Notes under the pieces: model-generated
Seen by the model: only the letters and a program-made list of their open reading frames with translations
Database searches by the model: none
What the model was told of the DNA's origin: nothing
Source of the DNA: Solibacteraceae bacterium
GTDB lineage: Bacteria > Acidobacteriota > Terriglobia > Bryobacterales > Bryobacteraceae
Reading direction: 5' to 3'
Assembly (NCBI GenBank): GCA_037444625.1
Contig: JBBIMA010000018.1
Span: 1-64,000, forward strand
DNA: 64,000 nt
Shown here: piece by piece, positions 1-10,330 of the stretch
Position numbering within the stretch: the first letter of the stretch is position 1
Layout of the letters: the number at the start of each line of letters is the position of its first letter
Position numbers and translations under genes: made by a program

Positions 1-7
1 ACTTATT

Positions 8-83
8 TGGTGGACGGCATGGGATTCGAACCCACGACCCCGGCGTTGCGAACGCCGTGCTCTCCCAGCTGAGCTAGCCGCCC
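8..83 (-). tRNA. tRNA-Ala (anticodon CGC)
   Basis: The reverse complement reads GGGCGGCTAGCTCAGCTGGGAGAGCACGGCGTTCGCAACGCCGGGGTCGTGGGTTCGAATCCCATGCCGTCCACCA. It has a cloverleaf with the Ala identity pair G3:U70, a TTCGCAA anticodon loop, T-loop GGTTCGAATCC and an encoded CCA. Confidence 0.9.
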
Positions 84-156
84 ACGCGGCTCTTCACTCC
101 TACTATACCATCGCCGGCCGGAAGTCCGAAACCGCCGCCCGGCAATTTGCGCCATA

Positions 157-834
157 ATGGAAGCATCTGGGATGTTTCGCACGATCAAGGAGCAGGTCCA
201 GACCATCTTCCGGGAAGACCCGGCGGCGCGCAGCGTGCTGGAGATCCTGCTGTGTTACCCCGGCTTCCACGCCATTCTGCTCCACCGGCTGGCCCACAAG
301 CTGCACCGGCTGGGCGTGCCTTTGCTGCCCCGTTTGATCTCTCAATTCGGCCGCGCCGTGACCGGCATCGAGATCCACCCCGGCGCCAAGATCGGCCGGC
401 GTTTCTTCATTGACCACGGCATGGGCGTGGTGATCGGGGAGACGGCCGAAATCGGCGACGACGTGCTGCTCTATCAGGGCGTCACGCTGGGGGGCACCGG
501 CAAGGAGAAGGGCAAGCGCCATCCCACCATCGGCAACCACGTGGTGATCGGCGCGGGAGCCAAGGTGCTGGGCAACATTCGCATCGGCGACCACGTCAAG
601 ATCGGGGCCGGCTCGGTCGTCATCCACCCGGTGCCCGATCACTCCACCGTGGTGGGCATCCCCGGCCGGGTGGTGAGGATCGCGGGCGTCTCGGTCAACG
701 ACGAGCTGGAGCACGGCAGGCTGCCCGACCCCGAGGGGCAGGCGATCGAAGAGCTCAGCAGGCGGCTCGAGCAACTGGAGGCGCAGGTGCGCGCCCTGGC
801 CGAGCAGCGAGCGGCCGCCCATCCGGAGGTCTGA
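157..834 (+). CDS. cysE: serine O-acetyltransferase (short form)
   Basis: Left-handed beta-helix hexapeptide repeats with the SAT motifs [30 protein letters not shown] and [18 protein letters not shown]. Confidence 0.85.
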   Translation: MEASGMFRTIKEQVQTIFREDPAARSVLEILLCYPGFHAILLHRLAHKLHRLGVPLLPRLISQFGRAVTGIEIHPGAKIGRRFFIDHGMGVVIGETAEIGDDVLLYQGVTLGGTGKEKGKRHPTIGNHVVIGAGAKVLGNIRIGDHVKIGAGSVVIHPVPDHSTVVGIPGRVVRIAGVSVNDELEHGRLPDPEGQAIEELSRRLEQLEAQVRALAEQRAAAHPEV

Positions 835-893
835 GCGGCCAGCAAACCGCCGCCGGCGCCCTTCGCGCGCCGGGCTCTCGGTCCCTCTGCTAG

Positions 894-1781
894 GATGGAG
901 TTCTGCGGATCGGGATCCACACCTCGATCGCCGGCTCGCTGGAGAAGGCCGTCCGGCGGGCGGTCGAGCTGGGCGCTAACACGTTCCAGATCTTCACCGC
1001 CAGCCCCCGTTTGTGGTCCGAGCAGCCGCTGGACGGCGAAGCGGTGCGCCGCTTCCGAGCCGCCCGCGAGCAGGCGGATTTGACGCCCCTGGCGGTGCAC
1101 GACAATTATCTGATCAACCTGGCCTCGGCCGACCCGGCCTTGCGCGCCCGCTCGGTCGCCGCCTTCCGGCGGGAGATCCGCCGCGCGCTGGCGGTCGGGG
1201 CGGACTATCTGGTGACGCATCCCGGCCATCACCGGGGCCAGACGCCCGAGCAGGGCTTGCGCACCGCGGCCGATTCCTTGATCCGCGCCGCCCGCGGAAT
1301 CCGGGCGGCGGGCTTGACCTTGCTGTTGGAGAACACCGCCGGGGCCGGCTGCTCGCTGGGCGCAAGCCTGGAAGAGCTGGCGCTGTTGGGCGAGCTGGCC
1401 GGCTCGGCCCTGGACATGGAGCTGGGTTTCTGCCTGGACACGGCGCATTGCCTGGCGGCCGGCTACGACCTGGCCGGGGCCGAAGGGCTGCGCGCCACCG
1501 CCCGGCAGATCGCCGAGAAGCTCGGCTGGGGGAAGGTCCGGCTGATTCACGCCAACGACTCGAAGGCGCCGCTGGGCTCGCGCCGCGACCGGCACGAGCA
1601 CATCGGCCAGGGCGCCATCGGGCGCGCCGGTTTCCGCCGGATCCTGGCCCACCCGGAGTTCCGGCGCCTGCCCTTCATCCTGGAGACCCCCCGCCGCGAC
1701 CGTGACGACGACCGGCGCAACCTGCAACGATTGAAAGACCTATGCCCGAGAAGAACTACGACGCGCAGCGCATCGAGATGA
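894..1781 (+). CDS. nfo: endonuclease IV (AP endonuclease family 2); start unresolved
   Basis: The conserved N-terminus RIGIHTSIAGSLEKAVRRAVELGANTFQIFTASPRLW lies upstream of the first canonical start (TTG at 1011) in the same frame. A TIM-barrel HPGHH metal site is present. See the finding on the start codon. Confidence 0.8.
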   Translation, partial: DGVLRIGIHTSIAGSLEKAVRRAVELGANTFQIFTASPRLWSEQPLDGEAVRRFRAAREQADLTPLAVHDNYLINLASADPALRARSVAAFRREIRRALAVGADYLVTHPGHHRGQTPEQGLRTAADSLIRAARGIRAAGLTLLLENTAGAGCSLGASLEELALLGELAGSALDMELGFCLDTAHCLAAGYDLAGAEGLRATARQIAEKLGWGKVRLIHANDSKAPLGSRRDRHEHIGQGAIGRAGFRRILAHPEFRRLPFILETPRRDRDDDRRNLQRLKDLCPRRTTTRSASR

Positions 1782-4189
1782 AATGGCGCCGGCGCTGGGA
1801 GCAGATCCCGCTCTATCGCGCCGAGGCCAACCCCGCACGCCCCAAGTACTACGTGCTGGAAATGCTGCCCTACCCCAGCGGCACCCTGCATATGGGACAC
1901 CTGCGCAACTACACCATCGGGGACGCCGTGGCCCGCTACAAGCGCATGCGCGGCTTCAACGTGCTTCACCCCATGGGTTGGGACGCCTTCGGCCTGCCCG
2001 CCGAGAACGCCGCCATCGAGCGCGGCTTGCACCCGCGCGAGTGGACCCTGCGCAACATCGCCGAAATGACCCGCACCTTGCGGCGCTACGCCTTCAGCTA
2101 CGACTGGAGCCGCGAGATCTCGACCTGCGAGCCCGAGTACTACCGCTGGAACCAGTGGTTTTTCCTGAAAATGCTGGAGCGCGGGCTGGCCTACCGCAAG
2201 AAGTCCCTGGTCAACTGGTGCCCGGAATGCGGCACCGTGCTGGCCAACGAACAGGTGGTGGACGGCTGCTGCTGGCGCCATCCCCGCACGCCGGTCGAAC
2301 AGCGCGATCTGGAGCAGTGGTTCCTGAAGACCACCGCCTACGCCGAGCAACTGCTGGCGGACATCCGCCGGCTCGAGGGTCTCTGGCCCGAGCGCGTTCT
2401 GGCCATGCAGCGCAACTGGATCGGACGTTCCGAAGGGGCCGAGATCGTCTTTCGCCTGGAGGACGGCCGTCCCATCCCCGTCTTCACCACCCGCGTGGAC
2501 ACCATCTTCGGGGCCACCGGCCTGCTGCTGGCTCCGGAACATCCCCTGACGGCGGAGCTGGTGGAGGGCGAAGGCCGCCTCCGCGTCAAGGCCATGATTG
2601 ACAGCCGCGCCCAGAAGCAGCTCGCCGAGTTCGACAAGGAGGGCGTCTTCACCGGCCGCTACGCCGTCAACCCCTATAACGGCGAGCGCCTGCCGGTTTG
2701 GGTGGCCAACTTCGTGCTCCTGGAGTACGGCACGGGCGCCGTCATGGCGGTGCCCGCCCACGATCAGCGCGACTTCGAGTTCTGCCGCAAGTACGGCCTG
2801 GAAATCCGACCCGTCATCCGCCCCGCCGGCGGCGAGCCGGCCCGGGCCGACCTCCTCGAGGAGGCCTTCGTCGAGGACGGCGTGCTGGAGAATTCGGGCG
2901 AATTCTCCGGACTCTCCAGCGAGGAAGCCCGCCGCCGCATGACGGCCAAGGCCGAGCGGGAGGGCTTCGGCAGAGCCGCCGTCACCTATCGCCTGAAGGA
3001 CTGGGGAATCTCCCGGCAGCGTTACTGGGGCACGCCCATCCCCGTCGTCCACTGCCCGCAATGCGGCATCGTGCCGGTGCCTGAAAGCGAGTTGCCCGTC
3101 CTGCTGCCTCTGAACGTCCGCATCACCGGGCGCGGCCGCTCCCCGCTGGAGAGCGTGCCCGAGTTCGTCCAGGCCGCCTGCCCGCGCTGCGCCGCCCCGG
3201 CCCGCCGGGAAACCGACACCATGGACACCTTCGTGGACTCCTCCTGGTACTTTTACCGTTACTGCGATCCGCGCAACGACCGCCTGCCCTACGACCCCGA
3301 ACTGATCGCCTACTGGTTCCCGATTGACCAGTACATCGGCGGCATCGAGCACGCCATCCTGCACTTGATTTACTCGCGCTTCTTCTGCAAGGTCATGCGC
3401 GACATCGGCTTGATCCGGCACGACGAGCCGGTGCGCAGCCTCTTCACCCAGGGCATGGTGCTCAAGGACGGGGCGGCCATGTCGAAATCCCGCGGCAACG
3501 TCGTGGGGGCCGACGAGCTGGCCGACCGCTACGGCGCCGACACCGGCCGCCTGTTCGTGCTTTTCGCCGCCCCGCCCGAGAAGGAACTGGAGTGGCAGGA
3601 CGCCGGCGTCGAGGGCATGCACCGCTTCCTGGCCCGTACTTACCGCTTCCTGACCCGCAATGCCGAGCGAGCCCGCTCCGGCGCGGCCGGCGAGGCCGAG
3701 GCCGACCGCCAGGCCTTGCGCAAGCTGCACCAGACGGTCCGCAAGGTCACCCAGGATCTGGAGAGCCGCTGGCACTTCAACACCTCGATCGCCGCCGTCA
3801 TGGAGCTGATGAACGAACTGCACGCCCTGGAAGAACGCCTCTCCGGCCCCGTGCTCCAGGAAGCCCTGGAAAAGGTGACTCTCATGCTGGCCCCCTTCGT
3901 GCCCTACCTGGCCGAGGAGCTCTGGGAAGAGCTGGGACGCCAGGGACCGGTCTTCGACCAATCTTGGCCGGACTACGACCAGGAGCTGGCCCGCGAGGAG
4001 GAAGCCGAAATCGTGGTCCAGGTCAACGGGCGCGTGCGCAGCCGCATCCGGGCCGCCTTCGGCGCCTCGCGCGAGGAGCTCGAGCGGCGGGCCCTGGAAG
4101 ATGATAAAATCCAGGGCTTCCTCAAAGGCAGGCAGCTTGTCAAGGTGGTGGTCGTACCGGACAAGCTGGTCAACGTCGTCGTCCGCTAG
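1742..4189 (+). CDS. leuS: leucine--tRNA ligase
   Basis: 815 aa. The N-terminus aligns with bacterial LeuS (MPEKNYDAQRIE...YYVLEMLPYPSGTLHMGHLRNYTIGD). HMGH and KMSKS (AMSKSRGN) motifs, a CP1 editing region and a C-terminal VNGRVRSRI module are present. Confidence 0.97.
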   Translation: MPEKNYDAQRIEMKWRRRWEQIPLYRAEANPARPKYYVLEMLPYPSGTLHMGHLRNYTIGDAVARYKRMRGFNVLHPMGWDAFGLPAENAAIERGLHPREWTLRNIAEMTRTLRRYAFSYDWSREISTCEPEYYRWNQWFFLKMLERGLAYRKKSLVNWCPECGTVLANEQVVDGCCWRHPRTPVEQRDLEQWFLKTTAYAEQLLADIRRLEGLWPERVLAMQRNWIGRSEGAEIVFRLEDGRPIPVFTTRVDTIFGATGLLLAPEHPLTAELVEGEGRLRVKAMIDSRAQKQLAEFDKEGVFTGRYAVNPYNGERLPVWVANFVLLEYGTGAVMAVPAHDQRDFEFCRKYGLEIRPVIRPAGGEPARADLLEEAFVEDGVLENSGEFSGLSSEEARRRMTAKAEREGFGRAAVTYRLKDWGISRQRYWGTPIPVVHCPQCGIVPVPESELPVLLPLNVRITGRGRSPLESVPEFVQAACPRCAAPARRETDTMDTFVDSSWYFYRYCDPRNDRLPYDPELIAYWFPIDQYIGGIEHAILHLIYSRFFCKVMRDIGLIRHDEPVRSLFTQGMVLKDGAAMSKSRGNVVGADELADRYGADTGRLFVLFAAPPEKELEWQDAGVEGMHRFLARTYRFLTRNAERARSGAAGEAEADRQALRKLHQTVRKVTQDLESRWHFNTSIAAVMELMNELHALEERLSGPVLQEALEKVTLMLAPFVPYLAEELWEELGRQGPVFDQSWPDYDQELAREEEAEIVVQVNGRVRSRIRAAFGASREELERRALEDDKIQGFLKGRQLVKVVVVPDKLVNVVVR

Positions 4190-4199
4190 CGAGGTGCGC

Positions 4200-5501
4200 A
4201 TGCCCGACCGCAGAAGCTTCTTGAGCGCTTCCGCCGCCCTGACCACGCAGATCTTCACCGGCCGCCTGCGCGGGGCCAACGACCGCATCCGCATCGGCTT
4301 CATCGGCATGGGCCGCATGGGCATGGAGAATCTGCGCTTCGCCCTGCGCCACAACCTGGAGATCGCCGCGGTCTGCGACTGCTACCGGCCGCACCTGGAG
4401 GCGGCCCAGGCTTACGTGCGCCGCAACGGGCAACAGGCCAGGGCGCCGGCCGATTTTCGCGAAGTCCTGGCCGACGGCTCGATTGACGCCGTTTGCATCT
4501 CGACCCCCGACCACTGGCACGCCTACATGACGGTGGAAGCCTGCAAGGCGGGCAAGGACGTCTACGTCGAAAAGCCGCTCTGCACCTACCTGCTCGAGGG
4601 CCAGAAGATGGTCCAGGCGGCACGCAAATACAACCGGGTGGTGCAGGCGGGCACCATGCAACGCTCCGGCCTCCACTTTCAGCAGGCGGTGGAGTTGGTG
4701 CGCAGCGGCAAGATCGGCAAGGTCACCTTCTGCCGCACCTGGAACACGGGCAACATGCCCAGGGAAGGCATCGGCAACCCGCCCGACGAAGAGCGGATCC
4801 CCGAGGGCCTGGACTGGAACATGTGGCTCGGTCCGGCGCCCATGCGGCGCTTCAACGCCAACCGCTGGGGCGTGCATCCCGAGCTGACGCGCAAGCCCTT
4901 CCCTTACTTCCGCTACTTCTGGGACTACGCCGGCGGCTCGCTCACCGACTGGGGCGTGCACGTGCTGGACATCGTGCACATGGCCTTCAACGAGCCCATG
5001 CCCCGCTCGGTCACCGCTCTGGGCGGAAAATACTGGCTCACCGACAACCGCGAGACCCCGGACACCTTACTCGTTACGTTCGAGTATCCCGAAGGCTTCC
5101 TGGCTACTTACGAAAACCGGTTATGCAACGGGGAAGCGCCGCTGGGCCAGGGTTACGGCACCATGTTCCACGGGACCGAAGCCACCCTTTACGTCAACCG
5201 CAGCTTTTACCGCCTCATCCCGGAGCGCGGCTCGAAGCTCGAACCGGTCGAGGTCGAGCGCTCCAACAACGCCAACCTGGATCACTGGGCGAACTTCATC
5301 GAGTGCATGCGCACGCGCCGGCGGCCCATCTCCGACATCGAAACCTGTTACAAGACCACCGCCGCCTGCATCCTGGGCAACGTCTCGCTGCTGGCCGGGA
5401 CCCGCGTGGACTGGGACGCCGGGCGCCAGACCACCCTCCAGCCCGAGGCCCGCAAGTTCCTTTGGCGCGAATACCGCCACCCCTGGAAGCTGGAGGTCTG
5501 A
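4200..5501 (+). CDS. Gfo/Idh/MocA family oxidoreductase with twin-arginine (TAT) signal
   Basis: Starts MPDRRSFLSASAAL (an RR TAT motif) with GAGG 6 nt upstream. Rossmann IGFIGMGRMG plus the family C-terminal domain (TPDHWHA, EKPL). Confidence 0.8.
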   Translation: MPDRRSFLSASAALTTQIFTGRLRGANDRIRIGFIGMGRMGMENLRFALRHNLEIAAVCDCYRPHLEAAQAYVRRNGQQARAPADFREVLADGSIDAVCISTPDHWHAYMTVEACKAGKDVYVEKPLCTYLLEGQKMVQAARKYNRVVQAGTMQRSGLHFQQAVELVRSGKIGKVTFCRTWNTGNMPREGIGNPPDEERIPEGLDWNMWLGPAPMRRFNANRWGVHPELTRKPFPYFRYFWDYAGGSLTDWGVHVLDIVHMAFNEPMPRSVTALGGKYWLTDNRETPDTLLVTFEYPEGFLATYENRLCNGEAPLGQGYGTMFHGTEATLYVNRSFYRLIPERGSKLEPVEVERSNNANLDHWANFIECMRTRRRPISDIETCYKTTAACILGNVSLLAGTRVDWDAGRQTTLQPEARKFLWREYRHPWKLEV

Positions 5502-5559
5502 GAGGCCGGCCACACCCCACCCCCCGCAAGCCCGGGGCGCCGCCTGCCGGGGGGCTTGC

Positions 5560-5922
5560 TTACTCGGTGACGCGCTTGGCGGTCATCTCGAAGCTGCGTT
5601 CGCCGAAGTCCACCGTGAGCTTCAGCTCGTTGCCCGAGACCTTGCCCTTGTAGTTGATCCGGACCTCGTTGCCCCCGAACTCGCGCACCACCACGAAGCT
5701 GACTTCGTCCCCGCTCACCTTGCCTTCCTGAATGGGCGCGTCGCCCCGCGGGCTGGACACCGTCCCGGTCAGCTTGTCGCCCTCGACCTTGAAGGTGAAC
5801 AGGCTCGTGCGAGTCTGCCCGTCCGGCGTAGTGAATTCGGCCTTCCACTTGCCGGCCACCTCGGCCGCGAAGGCCGCCAGCGCCAGCGTGATAACCACCA
5901 CCGGAATGATTCGTGCTTTCAT
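5560..5922 (-). CDS. small secreted hypothetical protein (signal peptide)
   Basis: 120 aa with an N-terminal signal peptide MKARIIPVVVITLALAAFAA. K/E-rich beta-strand-like sequence and coding-like codon usage; no recognisable family. Confidence 0.5.
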   Translation of the reverse strand: MKARIIPVVVITLALAAFAAEVAGKWKAEFTTPDGQTRTSLFTFKVEGDKLTGTVSSPRGDAPIQEGKVSGDEVSFVVVREFGGNEVRINYKGKVSGNELKLTVDFGERSFEMTAKRVTE

Positions 5923-5969
5923 GCTCCCGATCTCCCGTCAGCGTCTAGATGACGCCGGTCCCGTCTATG

Positions 5970-7304
5970 TTACACCCCGCCCGCCTGGGTGCGCCCCCGG
6001 AGGCTGTCCGGGCAGCCGGCCTCCACCTGCTCCAGGGCCGCCTCCAACCGCTGGGCGAATTCGTCCACGTCCTCCCGGCCGACGTTCAGGGGCGGCGTAA
6101 TACGGATAACGTTGCCGTACAGCCCGCCCCGGCCGATCAGCAGGCGGTTCTCCCGGGCCGCTTCGAGCAATTGGGCGGTTTCCGCGGCCGCCGGCTCCTT
6201 GCCGGCGCGATCGCGCACCAGCTCGATAGCCTGCATCAGCCCCATGCCTCGCACGTCCCCGATCAGCGGATGCCGCTCGCGCAACTCCTCCAGCCGGGCG
6301 CGCAGCCAGGCCCCCGTGGCGGCCGCGTTCTCCAGCAGGCGGTGGGCCGCGATGTAGTCAATCACCGCCAGGGCGGCCGCAGCGGCCGCCGGATTGCCCC
6401 CGAACGTCGAGATGGTGGGCGGGGGCAGGGCGTCCGCCACCTCCGGCCGGGCCACCGTGAGCCCGATGGGCAGGCCGTTCGCCAGGCCTTTGGCGCTCAC
6501 GATGATGTCGGGCGTCACGCCCCAGTGCTCGATGGCGAACCAGCGCCCGCCCGTGCGGCCCCAGGCGGTCTGCACCTCGTCGGCAATGAACAGCCCGCCC
6601 GCTCGCCGGACAATCTCGGCCGCCAGAGTGAAATACTCAGGCGGCGGCGTGACGAACCCGCCCACGCCCTGGATGGGCTCGGCGATGAAAGCCGCCACCC
6701 GGCCGCCGGTGGCGGTGCGGATCAGCTCCTCCAGATCGCGCGCGCAACGCAGCTCGCAGGCCGGGTATTGCAGGCCGAACGCACAGCGGTAGCAGTACGC
6801 ATTGTGGGCGTGGACCACCCCGGCCGCCAGGGCCCCCGCCCGCCAGACGGCCTGCCCGGTCAGCCCCATGGCCAGCCCGGTGCGCCCGTGATAGGAATGG
6901 CGCAGCGCGATCACTTCATGGGCGCCGGTGTAGCAGCGCGCCGTCAGAATCGCCATCTCGTTGGCCTCGCTGCCGCTGTTGGAGAAGAACGACTTGGTCA
7001 GCCGGCCCCCGGGCGTCAGGCTCGCGATGCGCGCCGCCAGAGCGGCCATCGGCTCGGTGGCGAACAGCGTCGAGACGTGCTGGAGGCGGTCGAGTTGCTC
7101 GTGCACGCGGCGGGTCACCTCGGGGTTGACGTGCCCCACGCTGATCGTCACGATCCCGCCGAAGAAATCCAGATACTGGTTGCCATCGGCGTCCCAGACG
7201 AACTGATCGCGCGCCCGCACCAGCACCAGCGGCTCCCGATAGTAGTGAAAAACGGCCGGGAAAAGGAACCGCCGGTGGGCCTCGAGGATCTCCTGCTTGG
7301 TCAT
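5970..7304 (-). CDS. class III (omega/aspartate-family) PLP aminotransferase
   Basis: Begins MTKQEILEAHRRF. Contains SGSEANE, a DEVQTAWGRTG PLP region and the Schiff-base Lys in SAKGLANG. The upstream part of the listed ORF is low-complexity extension. Confidence 0.8.
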   Translation of the reverse strand: MTKQEILEAHRRFLFPAVFHYYREPLVLVRARDQFVWDADGNQYLDFFGGIVTISVGHVNPEVTRRVHEQLDRLQHVSTLFATEPMAALAARIASLTPGGRLTKSFFSNSGSEANEMAILTARCYTGAHEVIALRHSYHGRTGLAMGLTGQAVWRAGALAAGVVHAHNAYCYRCAFGLQYPACELRCARDLEELIRTATGGRVAAFIAEPIQGVGGFVTPPPEYFTLAAEIVRRAGGLFIADEVQTAWGRTGGRWFAIEHWGVTPDIIVSAKGLANGLPIGLTVARPEVADALPPPTISTFGGNPAAAAAALAVIDYIAAHRLLENAAATGAWLRARLEELRERHPLIGDVRGMGLMQAIELVRDRAGKEPAAAETAQLLEAARENRLLIGRGGLYGNVIRITPPLNVGREDVDEFAQRLEAALEQVEAGCPDSLRGRTQAGGV

Positions 7305-7443
7305 CGCCGCCGCACGAACCCCTCCGGGGAGTATAGAATGGACGCCGGTCGAAGGTCCAGCATCCTGCCGGCTTCCGGCCGCCGGGATGCGACCCGTGAC
7401 CGGCGCGGAAAGCAGGTCGCGCAAGCTCGGAAAGGAGTCCGCA

Positions 7444-8727
7444 ATGCTAGCGGCCAATCGCAGATCGTTCCTGTTGGGCTCGGCGGGCGCCGCCGGCCTG
7501 GTCAATCTGAACCCCTCCGCCTTAGGCGCCAACGAGCGGGTGGTGCTGGCCTTGATCGGGGCGCGCAATCAGGGGCGCAACGACGCCCTCCGCGCGATCA
7601 AGGCGGGCGCCCACTTCAAGACCCTGTGCGACGTGGACGAGGCCGTCATCGGCAAGGTGAGCGCCGAGCTGGCCCGGGCTCAAGGCAAGGCCCCGCAGCC
7701 TGAGAAGGACTTCCGGCGGGTGCTCGAGGACAAGGACATTGACGCCGTCCTGATCGCCACCCCCGACCACTGGCACGCCATCCCCACCATCCTCGCCTGC
7801 CAGGCGGGCAAGGACGTCTACATCGAGAAGCCCCTCTCGCAGACCATCCAGGAGGGCCGCCTGATGCGGGACGCCGCGCGCCGCTACAACCGCGTAGTAC
7901 AGGTGGGCACGCAACGCCGCAGCGGCGAGCACTTCAAGAGCGCCGTCGAGTACGCCGCCTCCGGCAAGCTGGGCAAGATCTGTATGATTCGGGCCTGGAT
8001 GCATCAGGTGCGGCGTTCGATCGGCCGGCCGCCCGACGAACCCGTTCCGCCCGGCGTGGACTACGACATGTGGCTGGGGCCGGCGCCCGAGCGGCCTTTC
8101 AACCGCAACCGCTTCCATTACAACTGGCGCTTCTTCTGGGATTACGGCAACAGCGAGCTGGGCAATCAGGGCGTCCACATGCTGGACGTGGCCCTGTGGC
8201 TGATCGCCACCCTGCGGGGCCTGGAGAATTGCCTGCCCCGGCGCGTCTCCGGCCAGGCCGGCATCTATTGGTTAGACGACGCCAAGGAGGTTCCGGACAC
8301 CCAGATCACCACCTACGACTACGGCGACTTCCTGCTGGTCTGGGAGCTACAGAGCTTTCAGAACGGCCATCCGCTGGAGGGCACCGACGCGGGCACCGCC
8401 TTCTATGGGACCGACGGCGTCCTGGTGGTGGACGGGCGCGGCTGGAAGGTCTACGGGCCCAAGGGCGAGCCGGGGCCTTCCGCCCCCGCCGCACGCGACT
8501 CCCACGCCGCCAACTTCCTGGAGTGCGTCAAGAGCCGCCGCCGGCCCAACGCCGACGTCGAGATCGGCCGGCTTTCCACCACCCTTTGCCACCTGGGCAA
8601 CATCGCCACCCGCCTGGGACGCGAAGTGCGCTTCGATCCCAAGACGGAGACCTTCCCGGGCGACAAGGAGGCCAACGCCCGGCTCGGCAAGTCGTATCGC
8701 AAGCCCTGGACGCTGCCCAAACTCTAG
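7444..8727 (+). CDS. Gfo/Idh/MocA family oxidoreductase with TAT signal (paralogue of 4200..5501)
   Basis: Starts MLAANRRSFLLGSAGAAG. TPDHWHA, EKPL and FNRNRF motifs are shared with the first paralogue. Confidence 0.8.
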   Translation: MLAANRRSFLLGSAGAAGLVNLNPSALGANERVVLALIGARNQGRNDALRAIKAGAHFKTLCDVDEAVIGKVSAELARAQGKAPQPEKDFRRVLEDKDIDAVLIATPDHWHAIPTILACQAGKDVYIEKPLSQTIQEGRLMRDAARRYNRVVQVGTQRRSGEHFKSAVEYAASGKLGKICMIRAWMHQVRRSIGRPPDEPVPPGVDYDMWLGPAPERPFNRNRFHYNWRFFWDYGNSELGNQGVHMLDVALWLIATLRGLENCLPRRVSGQAGIYWLDDAKEVPDTQITTYDYGDFLLVWELQSFQNGHPLEGTDAGTAFYGTDGVLVVDGRGWKVYGPKGEPGPSAPAARDSHAANFLECVKSRRRPNADVEIGRLSTTLCHLGNIATRLGREVRFDPKTETFPGDKEANARLGKSYRKPWTLPKL

Positions 8728-8743
8728 CGGGCGGCGCCGCCCT

Positions 8744-10306
8744 TCAGCCCTTCTGCTGCTCGACTTCGACCGGGCCGCCTTTGCCGGCGGCCGGCTTCGA
8801 GCCGAGCTGCTCGAGCACGGCCGGCAAGCTCAGCCCCAGCGCCTCCAGTTGCTGGAGCAGGCTGAAAACCACCGCCGGGCCGGTGCGCGCCAGGCGCGCC
8901 GCGCCCGTGCCGCCGCTGTCGCCCGTGCCCTGATCAATCACCACCAGCTTGTCAATGTTGCCCATGGGCGCGGCCACCGCGCTGAAGATGCCGGTGGAAG
9001 CTTGCAGAATCGAGGGCAGCTTCTCGAGCACGGTTTGCAGCTTGGCCGCTTCGTTGAACTGCTTCCAGGCTTCCGCCTTGCGCAGGATGGCGGCCGCCTC
9101 GGCCACGCCCTGCGCTTCGATGGCTTTGGCCTGCGCCAGGCCGACGGCTTCGATCTTGGAGGCCTCCGCCTTGCCCTCGGCTTCGATGGCGGCCGCCCGC
9201 CCGATGCCCTCCTTGCGCAGCTTTTCCTGCTCGGCTTCGGCCATGGCGATCAGGGCCGCCCGCCGGCCCTCGGCCTCCAGGATGGCGGCTTGCTTGGCGG
9301 CCTCGGCGCGCACGATGGCCGCTTGCCGCTCGGCGTCGGCCGGCTTGATGACGGTGGCTTCCAGCTCTTTCTGCTTGCGCAGCACCTCCTGTTCCTGAAC
9401 GGAGATCATCTCCTGGGTGCGGGTGCGCTCGATTTTGACCTCCTCGGCCACCACCGCCTGGCGGGCCTGCGCCTCCGAGAGGGGCCCGGCCTGCTTGGCC
9501 CGCGCCTTCTGCGTCTCGACTTCGGCCTGGTATTGCGCCTGGCGGATTTGAAAATCGCGCTCCGCCAGGGCGATCTCGGCTTCGGCCGCGAACTTAGCCC
9601 GCTCGCCTTCTTGCAGCGCCTGGGCGGAGCGGATCTTGGCGTCGCGGGTGGCTTCCGCCTCCCCGATGGTGGCGTCCCGCTTGACCTCGGCCGTGCGCCG
9701 CTTGCCCAGCGCGTCCAGATAACCTTCCTCGTCGCTGATCTCCTGGATGGTGAGCACGTCCACGCCCAGGCCCATCTTTTCCAGGTCCATGGCCGCTTCG
9801 CTGGTCAGCTTCTGGGCGAAGCTCTGCCGGTCGGAGTTGATCTCCTCGACCGTCAGCGTGCCCAGGATCGAGCGCAGGTGGCCCTCCAGCGTCTGGTAGA
9901 TCACCCGGTGCATCTGCTCCTGGTTCATGCCCAGGAAGCGCTCGGCGGCCGCTTGCAGGGAGGCGTCGTCGCTGCGGATCTTCACGTTGGCCACCGCTTT
10001 GACCGAGACCGGCACGCCCTTGAGCGTGTAGGCCCGCTTGATCTCCAGGGGAATGGTGATCACGTTCAGCGAGAGGTAGTCCACCTTCTCCAGCAGGGGG
10101 AATTTCAGCGCCGCCCCGCCCTTCACCATCCGGTAGCCCACCACCCGCCCGTCGGCCAGCCGCCGCTTGCGCCCGCTCAACACGGCCACCGTGTTGGGGG
10201 AAACCTTCAGGTAATTGCGGCTGAACAGCCAGGCCGCGATGAACAGGCCCAGAACGACCAGCAGCACGATGACCGGAAGGAACAACTGCGTGACGTCCTG
10301 CAACAT
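8744..10306 (-). CDS. floT: flotillin (SPFH/band-7 domain, FloT/YuaG-like)
   Basis: 520 aa with an N-terminal TM segment, an SPFH domain, then a long Ala/Glu-rich coiled-coil (AEAEQEKLRKEG, EAEGKAEASKIEA), typical of flotillin. Confidence 0.75.
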   Translation of the reverse strand: MLQDVTQLFLPVIVLLVVLGLFIAAWLFSRNYLKVSPNTVAVLSGRKRRLADGRVVGYRMVKGGAALKFPLLEKVDYLSLNVITIPLEIKRAYTLKGVPVSVKAVANVKIRSDDASLQAAAERFLGMNQEQMHRVIYQTLEGHLRSILGTLTVEEINSDRQSFAQKLTSEAAMDLEKMGLGVDVLTIQEISDEEGYLDALGKRRTAEVKRDATIGEAEATRDAKIRSAQALQEGERAKFAAEAEIALAERDFQIRQAQYQAEVETQKARAKQAGPLSEAQARQAVVAEEVKIERTRTQEMISVQEQEVLRKQKELEATVIKPADAERQAAIVRAEAAKQAAILEAEGRRAALIAMAEAEQEKLRKEGIGRAAAIEAEGKAEASKIEAVGLAQAKAIEAQGVAEAAAILRKAEAWKQFNEAAKLQTVLEKLPSILQASTGIFSAVAAPMGNIDKLVVIDQGTGDSGGTGAARLARTGPAVVFSLLQQLEALGLSLPAVLEQLGSKPAAGKGGPVEVEQQKG

Positions 10307-10330
10307 GAGAACTCCTTTCCGGCGCCCCTC

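Noticed and set aside
1547-4354. 935-aa ORF antisense to leuS
   Set aside because: Low-complexity Arg/Gly/Ala/Pro-rich product. It entirely overlaps a gene with unambiguous homology, the typical shadow ORF of a 68% GC genome.
5502-5559. Inverted repeat GCAAGCCCGG...CCGGGGGGCTTGC between convergent genes
   Set aside because: Could be a bidirectional terminator but lacks U-tracts; left as an observation only.
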